This document shows, piece by piece, positions 57,930 through 64,000 of a DNA stretch of 64,000 bases. The position numbers were made by a program, and so were the translations under genes. How positions within the stretch are numbered: the first letter of the stretch is position 1; each line of letters starts with the position of its first letter. This stretch comes from Eledone cirrhosa (taxonomy: Eukaryota): the NCBI GenBank assembly GCA_964016885.1, contig OZ024741.1:100502001-100566000 (forward strand), in the 5' to 3' direction. The notes beneath the pieces were generated by a model. The model saw nothing but the letters and a program-made list of their open reading frames with translations, made no database searches and had not been told where the DNA came from.

Positions 57930-58760
57930 ATGGTCTGTTGCTGGATTTTCGTCTTCGATATTTAATCTGTTGATCTTTAACCTAATTCGCCTCTTTTTTT
58001 GTATCACGTTGTCATCAGTGTTTATGTGAGTGTGCATAATGGGAGCAGCGAGCAGGTGAGATGAGAGGTGTATGGATGATTTCGGTGCTGGTGGTTAGGT
58101 TGGGGTTTGGAGCAGTTTTCTTGTGTTTGCAGTGGTGGGAGGGGAAGTTAGTATTCGCCGCTGTTGTTGTTGCTGTTGGTTTTATTGATACTATTGTGGA
58201 TTCCTTTGGTTCTACTCTTGTTGATCTTTACTGATGCTGCAGTCGTGGTGTTGGCAGTAGTGCAGTTTTTCTTGGGGTGCATATATACTTAAGGTAGTTT
58301 TTCCTCTCACAATACTTACTTCCAGGCTTTCTTTTTAAAGTAATACCAGCAACTGCTGAATGTTCGGTAATTCAATCTAGTCGTGTGTCTTGATAAAGTT
58401 TCTGATTGTATTTCCATTAAAAGCTCTAATCTGACTCCAGAGCAGTTTTATTTTCGATATTGTTTTATTTCTAGAACAGTGTCTGCACCTTTTTGAACCA
58501 CAGATCTACCCATCCATCAGAAATAGAGCTATGGGAAAATTTCAGAATATTTAATGCTGATGAAACCTCCAAACCTAACCTTCCAAAAGTGTGCGCTTTC
58601 TGCTCATTGGCATGTGACCGCAGTGTATTTTTGTCCACGTGCAATTCCACGTGTTTTGCTTGTGTTACAAGACCAATGTTGTTCCATATGGGATTCAGAC
58701 AATCTCTAAACATTGAATTTAATTCGAAGTCATCGATATATTACTATTCTCATGGCCATT
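57930..58760 (-). mobile_element. Decayed coding fragment, possibly the N-terminal region of a Penelope-like retroelement ORF
   Basis: The A/C-rich minus strand reads, across stops and frameshifts: ...LHVDKNTLRSHANEQKAH...EVSSALNILKFSHSSISDGWVDLWFKK (ORF 58471-58713), then a P/T-rich stretch (RKTALLPTPRL...KPTATTTAANTN), then a basic stretch (KRRIRLKINR/KYRRRK), then QQQTIVK at the array junction. This order resembles the pre-RT region of PLE ORFs from memory; no database check was possible. Confidence 0.4.
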
Positions 58761-58842
58761 TATATGGAGTGTTGTGTTGGTACAGCAAATGTGGTCTTCC
58801 CGCCCCCTTTGTTTACGAATTTATGAGCCTCTTCCGTTTACT

Positions 58843-58881
58843 TATATATATATATGTGCGTGTGTGTGTATGTGTGTGTGT
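58843..58881. repeat. (TA)n/(TG)n compound microsatellite
   Basis: Directly visible. Confidence 0.9.
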
Positions 58882-59310
58882 ATCATCTTCATCATCATCA
58901 TCTCCATTTTATGTCCGTTCTTCCACGCTAGAATGGGTTAGGCGGGTTGTCCTGTTGTGGGCAGTGTCCGGTCGACTGACCTTATCTTGCTCATACGGGA
59001 AGTGATTCTGGCTTGACTTCTACAGCTGGATGGCCTTCCTAATACCAACCTCATTTACAGTGAATGGTGGGTGTATTTTTCCGTGGCGTATACACGTCCA
59101 CTTTACAGTGAGGGCTGGGTGCTTTTTGCCGTGGCACCTCCGCGAACACTTTGCAGGGGAATGAGAGGGACCCCAGTCCTATCATCTCATTTGTACAGGT
59201 GAGTAAACTGGAGCAATGTGAAATAAAGTGTCTTGTTCAAGGAAACAACACATCACTCACAACATTTAGATTGCAAGCCCAATGCTCTAACCACTAGGCC
59301 ATGCGCCTTC
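58882..59310 (-). mobile_element. tRNA-derived SINE with CORE-like domain and RTE-type body/tail
   Basis: Minus strand begins GAAGGCGCA-TGGCCTAGTGG (A box, 59301-59291)-TTAGAG; the B box appears deleted. Next is a CORE-like GTTTCCTTGAACAAGACACTT, then two tandem copies of GCCACGG.AAAA..CACCCA...TCACTGTAAA. These are followed by GGTTGGTATTAGGAAGGCCATCCAGCTGTAGAA and a 3' end AACCCATTCTAGCGTGGAAGAACGGACATAAAATG..(GAT)n. Confidence 0.75.
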
Positions 59311-59315
59311 ATGTG

Positions 59316-59319
<4 letters not shown>

Positions 59320-59371
<52 letters not shown>
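59320..59371. repeat. (TA)n microsatellite
   Basis: About 26 TA units. Confidence 0.95.
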
Positions 59372-59372
<1 letters not shown>

Positions 59373-59458
59373 GTAGGTCCCGGGTTGAGTCGGGGATAAC
59401 CACAGTAAGTAAGGTACTCAATACATGGCAGAGAAAATTTTTTTTATTTTATAGAAGG

Positions 59459-59509
59459 AACTTCTACAGGACTAGTACTGTTTCATTCAGGTGAAATCTT
59501 CAGGAAGCT
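59459..59509 (-). ncRNA. Minimal type I hammerhead ribozyme motif (left arm)
   Basis: Minus strand: AGCTTC CTGAAGA TTTCACCTGAAT GAAA CAGTACTAGTCCTG TA GAAGTT. It has the CUGANGA and GAAA cores, a GUA cleavage triplet, a 6-bp stem I, a short stem II (TTC/GAA) and stem III ACAG/CTGT around palindromic ACTAGT. Confidence 0.8.
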
Positions 59510-59594
59510 GGGTGTCATATTAAGTTCTGGTATTTATACATTTAGGTAGTGGCACTACCTAAATGTATAAATACCAAAACTTAATATGACACCC

Positions 59595-59645
59595 AGCTTC
59601 CTGAAGATTTCATCTGAATGAAACAGTACTAGTCCTGTAGAAGTT
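59595..59645 (+). ncRNA. Minimal type I hammerhead ribozyme motif (right arm)
   Basis: AGCTTC(59595) CTGAAGA(59601) TTTCATCTGAAT GAAA(59620) CAGTACTAGTCCTG TA GAAGTT. Predicted cleavage after A59639. The 10.1-11.1 position is a non-canonical U-U. Confidence 0.8.
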
Positions 59646-59666
59646 CCTTCTATAAAATAAAAAAAA

Positions 59667-59772
<106 letters not shown>

Positions 59773-59952
59773 ACAGGGAGAAAGAGACGATTATTAGGAA
59801 GAAAAGTATATTTTTTTCCTTTTTGTTTCTCTCTCTTTTTTCTGGGTTAGAAAATGATTAAAACGAAATGTTTTAGTTTGTGTGAAGTTTTAAGGTATTA
59901 GTTGATTTATTTATTATTTAACAATGGCATTTATTTATCTATTTATATATTT

Positions 59953-60148
<196 letters not shown>

Positions 60149-60151
<3 letters not shown>

Positions 60152-60268
60152 TGAGTTCAAATCCCGCCAAGGGTAACTTTGCCTTTCATCCTTATGGGGT
60201 CGATAAAATAAAGTACCAGCAATGCACTGGGTAATTGCAGGCCTTGTGCCAAAAGTAGAAACAATTAT
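60149..60268 (+). mobile_element. 5'-truncated tRNA-derived SINE
   Basis: B-box-like GAGTTCAAATCCC (60153-60165) is followed by the conserved SINE core CTTTGCCTTTCATCCTTATGGGGTCGATAAAATAAAGTACCAG and a tail AATTGCAGGCCTTGTGCCAAAAGTAGAAAC. The motif was recognised from memory of abundant mollusc/octopus SINEs. Confidence 0.75.
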
Positions 60269-60324
60269 ACATATATATATATATATACAAAGTGTTGAAA
60301 CGATCAAATTTAAGTTTAGAACAT

Positions 60325-60379
60325 TTATCAGCTGGCAATTATTTCTTCCAGAGGGAAGTCTGGAATCATCGGAGCATAA
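60325..60379 (-). ncRNA. Degenerate type I hammerhead ribozyme motif
   Basis: Minus strand: TTATGCT CCGATGA TTCCAGA cttccc TCTGGAA GAAA TAATTG CC AGCTGATAA. Stem II is a perfect 7 bp, and stem I is GCT/AGC plus TTAT/ATAA. The conserved U4 and U16.1 positions are both C, so it is probably inactive. Confidence 0.55.
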
Positions 60380-60899
60380 TCCCATTGTTAATACCTGTGT
60401 TTAACTAACAACATACACACGTACTACTTAAACATACTTAAATGAAAATCACATATCCAACTCTATCATGTGCTTTGCATTACACCTTACATAACACATA
60501 CCTACATTATCACTGCATGCCTTTCTAACAAATTGCACAATATATTATTCATTTATAACAATTATAACATGCTTTAACACCCCACACAAAATATGTGTAC
60601 TTTAACTGCATTATAACTCTTTCTTCATACATGCATTATTAACTGTATTGACTCCTGCATTGTGCACCAATTTTCCTTGCTTATAACATTTTTGCCTGTG
60701 TTTTTTCTAGCTTATGATATTTTTTTGCCTGTGCTTTTTAATTATACCTATTACATTTCCAACCTGTGCTGCCTGTAATTGTGTTCTTTCAAGCAGAACA
60801 TCTTTTTAACTCCTGACTCTCCTCATGATGCCTTTGACACTAATACCAATTATGTACCCTAAATATTCTAATTACTATATATATATTCCGCTGATATAG

Positions 60900-61473
60900 C
60901 CAAAAGATTTTATTGATATTGTTGGTGTCGTTTTTGTTGTGTGTGGTGGCTGTGGTGTCAGTGGTGTGTGTTGGTGGTGGTAGAATCGTTGCTATTAGCT
61001 CTTCCAGCTACCACTATGGCAATGACAATTCTGGTGTCAATAGTGGTGATGATGGCGAGGGAGTGAAAAGAGGAGTTGCTGTCGGCAGTGGGAGTGACAG
61101 TGGAGGCGGCGTTTCGATTTGACATAGGAAATTTTCGCTGAAATTCTCCAAAATATTTTCGCAATTTTTAATTTTCCCAGGCTTCTGTGGTGGTGGTAGG
61201 TGCATGGATATAATTGCGGCTGTCAGAGATGATGCTGTTATTGTCTTTTGTTTCCGTGTTTTTGTAGTGGTTGACGATGTCCGTGAAATGTGATTATTGA
61301 TTTCAACTGCCCGTTTTAATAGAGTCAAGGTCAGGAACGGTGTTTCCAAATAGATTTTTGTCGCCTTTCTCTTTCAAGTCTTCAGTGCTGCTATCAAAAC
61401 TTCTCAATTTATTTTGACAGGAAGGGGGCGATGCTATTTCTGGTATTGTTGATTTATGTTTTCTCTTCGCCAT
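60900..61473 (-). pseudogene. Disrupted low-complexity (P/T/S-rich) reading frame, unknown product
   Basis: ATG at 61473 opens MAKRKHKSTIPEIASPPSCQNKLRSFDSSTEDLKEKGDKNLFGNTVPDLDSIKTGS* (stop 61303-61305). A 1-nt shift near 61315 joins it to ORF 61014-61349 (..RAVEINNHISRTSSTTTK..PPPLSLPLPTATP..). Two TAG stops follow near 61010, then more P/T-rich codons. Confidence 0.3.
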
Positions 61474-61965
61474 TTAAGAAAAAATAAAAACGTGCAACTC
61501 ATGAGAAATTATGTTTTTTAAATGGAAGAAAATTCCTTTGCCTAATTTTTCAAAATAGGATTCAGAACACAACATACGTCAGACAAAGCAGGAGTAAGAA
61601 AAAGTACTTAACGAATACTTTAACCAAGAAATATACAAGAACAAAGGAATATAAACAGACGTACACACATTAAAAGAAGTATTTCAAAGAAAAAATACTG
61701 AAGAGATAATATTTCATTTCTTCACGATGCAATAACATCATGGGGAAGTTTAACATTTTTCATTTCTTTAAAGAATTTCCTTGACGTGACCCAAAACAAT
61801 TTTTTAAATTAATCCTAATTCTAAGAAATACAAAGCAAAAAATCTGCGTCGCATTTTTATATTAGAGATGACAAAAGACATATCTGTCTGCATAACATTA
61901 TACTTACCTTCCTTCTTCCCACATCTCTTTCCTTCGCTTCCTCTCTCTCTCTGTTTCTCTCCCCA

Positions 61966-63099
61966 TCTCTCTCTCTATATATATATATATATACAATTCG
62001 TTGTCGCTCTGTCTGTCGGTCTGTTCCTATGCGTTCTCTAACAGCTGGACCAAATCAAATCAAATTTTACAAGGTAATAAACCCCGGGGGTGTCAACATG
62101 TAATTTTTATTTCATTTGGATTAAAACAATATAAGATTGTATCTAAAATATTATTTTTATAGTCAACTATAGTAAATCACCACGACAACAACAACGGACG
62201 TCACATTTTCTATATGAGTGTGTATGTGTCTGTGAGTGTGTGTGTGTGAGTTTGTGCGTTCGTTATGTACGTTAGGCCTTAGAGAATTAAACACACACAC
62301 ATCTACACAGACATACACATGATGTGGTGAGTGTAGACGTCACATTTTGTTTGTGTATGTGCCTGTCTTATTATATGTATGAGAATGTATGTTATATTGT
62401 ATGTGTGTGTGAGTGTATGTGTGTGTGGGGTGTATGTGTTTTGACTGCCATAACGATATTTTCTTTAGTCAACTATAGTAAACCATCCCCACCCCCACGA
62501 TGAAGTCACATTTTGTATATGAGAGTGCACACAGACAACTAATCACACACACATCTACATATACAAATGCATGTGTTATGACAGACAGGTGTGCGTATGT
62601 GTGTGTCTGTCTTATTATATGTATGTGAGTGTATGTGAGTGTATGTGAGTGTGTATGTGTGTGAGAGTGTATATGTGTACGAGTGTGTGTGACAGTGTAT
62701 GTGTGTGTGAATGTATGTGTATGTGAGTGTAGGTGTGTGTGAGTGTATGTGTGATAATTTTTTTTTTCATTTAGATTAAAACAATAGGACGTCACATTTC
62801 GTATATGAATATGTGTCTGTGAATGTGTATTTGTGTGATCATTAGGTACGTTAAATACACACACACACACATCTACATATATATATGAATTACACAATGA
62901 ATATTGTTTAGCCTAAGGTTCTCCAATATTCACAGATTCTCATTTCTAAATTATATTATCATTACAATTTTGATATTTAAAAAGTTAAATATATATATTT
63001 TGAAATAATTAGGAGAAAAAAAAACATATCTTCATATGTATTGTTTGCTAATCTGAATAAGAACAGCAGTATCCCGTTCAACGCCGGGTTATTCAGCTA

Positions 63100-63100
<1 letters not shown>
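61966..63100 (+). mobile_element. Non-autonomous Helitron
   Basis: 5' end A|TCTCTCTCTCTATATATA...TGTCTGTCGGTCTGTTCCTATGCGTTC...GCTGGACC...TCAAATTTT. 3' subterminal hairpin CCCG-ttcaacgc-CGGG (63073-63088) followed 8 nt later by CTAG|T (63097-63100). A/T insertion site, no target duplication. The exact 5' TC is uncertain within the (TC)n run. Confidence 0.7.

Positions 63101-63144
<44 letters not shown>
63101..63144. repeat. (TA)n microsatellite
   Basis: 22 TA units directly after the Helitron CTAG. Confidence 0.95.
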
Positions 63145-63147
<3 letters not shown>

Positions 63148-63207
63148 GGTGTCCAATTTTATATATAAACTTGTATAAAACTATCTAGTGATTTTGTAGA
63201 AACCCTG
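63145..63207. mobile_element. Possible tiny internally deleted Tc1/mariner-type MITE
   Basis: TA|CAGGGTGTCC ... GAAACCCTG|CA: short imperfect terminal inverted repeats (8 of 9 bp). The right-hand TA duplication is imperfect. Confidence 0.3.
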
Positions 63208-63468
63208 CATATCTATACATATATGTATACACACATATATATATATGAATATACTCTGCATTGAGAGAATTGGATGAATATCTACAGTTACATAAGTATT
63301 ATTATGTATGTAGATATCTGTATGCGGGTATATAACCGTCTGCATATGTATATGCGTGTATGACAATTTGTGTGTTTATTTCGGGAGATGTACTTCCATT
63401 TTTAATCCATCCTAAAACAGCTACATATAGTACGTAACTGGATTAGCACACACATATATATATATATA

Positions 63469-63677
63469 ACGAAGGAGGTGTGGTAAGGAACCAGATGGAC
63501 CATAACGCATCAGAGTATACAATATTTAGGGCAGTAGAGTGGGTAATAGGTAAAGGTTTGACTCCGTCGGCAGAGCTCAACAGCCGTTCTCGACGGCTAT
63601 TTCTGGACTACTTAGTCCAGAAATAGCCGGTCAAAAACGGCTTGAGCTCTGCCGTCGGGGTCACACATTTTGCTATT
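63469..63677. mobile_element. Second asymmetric inverted-repeat insert between (TA)n runs (imperfect palindrome 63545-63677)
   Basis: Centre GGCTATTTCTGGACTA-ct-TAGTCCAGAAATAGCC. The roughly 65-bp arms also share CGGCAGAGCTCAA/TTGAGCTCTGCCG. Unpaired 76-bp left extension; (TA)n on both sides. Confidence 0.7.
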
Positions 63678-63721
63678 TATATATATATATATATATAAGT
63701 GGTTACACAACAGTTAGTTCA

Positions 63722-63771
63722 CCATACCGAGAACAATTGTTTCAACTTAGCGGATCCTCAGCTCTTAATGG
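63722..63771 (-). ncRNA. Minimal type I hammerhead ribozyme motif
   Basis: Minus strand: CCAT taa GAG CTGAGGA TCCGCTAAGTT GAAA CAATTG TT CTC ggt ATGG. Cores are intact, stem III is palindromic (ACAATTGT), the triplet is GUU, and stem I is GAG/CTC plus CCAT/ATGG. Stem II pairs poorly. Confidence 0.65.
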
Positions 63772-64000
63772 ACATGTTTATACGGAACAGGAAGGACAAC
63801 CGTACGAACGCGCATGTGCAGAAACCAGGTCACTTCACATAGGCAATACTAAATGCGCGCGAGAGGTTTAAGGGAGATAACTGCGAAAGTCCAAAAAGTT
63901 CTTAGCTGATAATAAAATGATGATGATGTTGTAATAATTCAATCCGGAGCGTTGTAGTTATGCAAGAGGTGTTTCGAGACGTGTGGACAATGTGTGAAGA

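Larger units (their letters stand above)
59372..59666. mobile_element. Asymmetric inverted-repeat insert (114-bp arms at 59438-59666 plus a 66-bp unpaired left extension), likely a Penelope-like pseudo-LTR remnant
   Basis: Arms 59438-59551 and 59553-59666 are reverse complements with 2 mismatches and a 1-nt spacer. Each arm holds a hammerhead motif. The insert is flanked by (TA)n on both sides. Confidence 0.8.

Noticed and set aside
58557-58563. CTGATGA as another hammerhead core
   Set aside because: No downstream stem II, GAAA core or cleavage triplet with paired stems.
58714-58740. YIDD on the minus strand just upstream of ORF 58471-58713 as an RT catalytic motif
   Set aside because: It is preceded directly by a stop, no upstream RT motifs are visible, and the spacing to the following F...LN.I..NI segment seems too short. 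Treated as probable coincidence pending a profile search.
58493-59005. 170-aa plus-strand ORF
   Set aside because: Non-ATG start; it runs through a microsatellite and into the antisense strand of a SINE.
59100-59130. Similarity of the SINE module AAAGCACC...TGTAAA to the satellite minus strand AAAGCACCACCTATGTAAA
   Set aside because: Only 8-nt and 6-nt blocks with different spacing; not enough to claim a SINE origin for the satellite.
59262-59310. tRNA gene
   Set aside because: Only an A box and partial anticodon arm; no B box or acceptor stem. It is the head of a SINE.
62469-63366. HT-rich and YI-rich minus-strand ORFs
   Set aside because: Translations of (CA)n and (TA)n-rich tracts inside and beside the Helitron.

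Overview
Eukaryotic, repeat-dominated DNA with no credible intact gene. The SINE motifs and dense (TA)n/(GT)n runs look like an octopus/cephalopod genome, but that is inference from remembered motifs. Bases 1-57929 are one uninterrupted head-to-tail 46-bp satellite (about 1260 monomers; consensus TTTTACATAGGTGGTGCTTTATGTCCTAGTGTGTTATGTTGTAGT[G/A]) that starts before the window. It is built from nested, irregular 1.3-6.3 kb duplications with a layered distribution of variants, and all ORFs in it are artefacts of 46+47-bp monomer pairs. The array ends abruptly against a decayed minus-strand reading frame resembling the N-terminal part of a Penelope-like retroelement (PLE) ORF, and the monomer may derive from that element. 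The last 6 kb is a mosaic of microsatellites, two tRNA-derived SINEs, a non-autonomous Helitron, a disrupted ORF and four short inserts beside (TA)n that carry minimal type I hammerhead ribozyme motifs. These motifs are an intact inverted pair inside a near-perfect 229-bp palindrome, one degenerate copy, half-motifs in a second palindrome, and one more near the window end. All of this was read by eye; family assignments need database checks.
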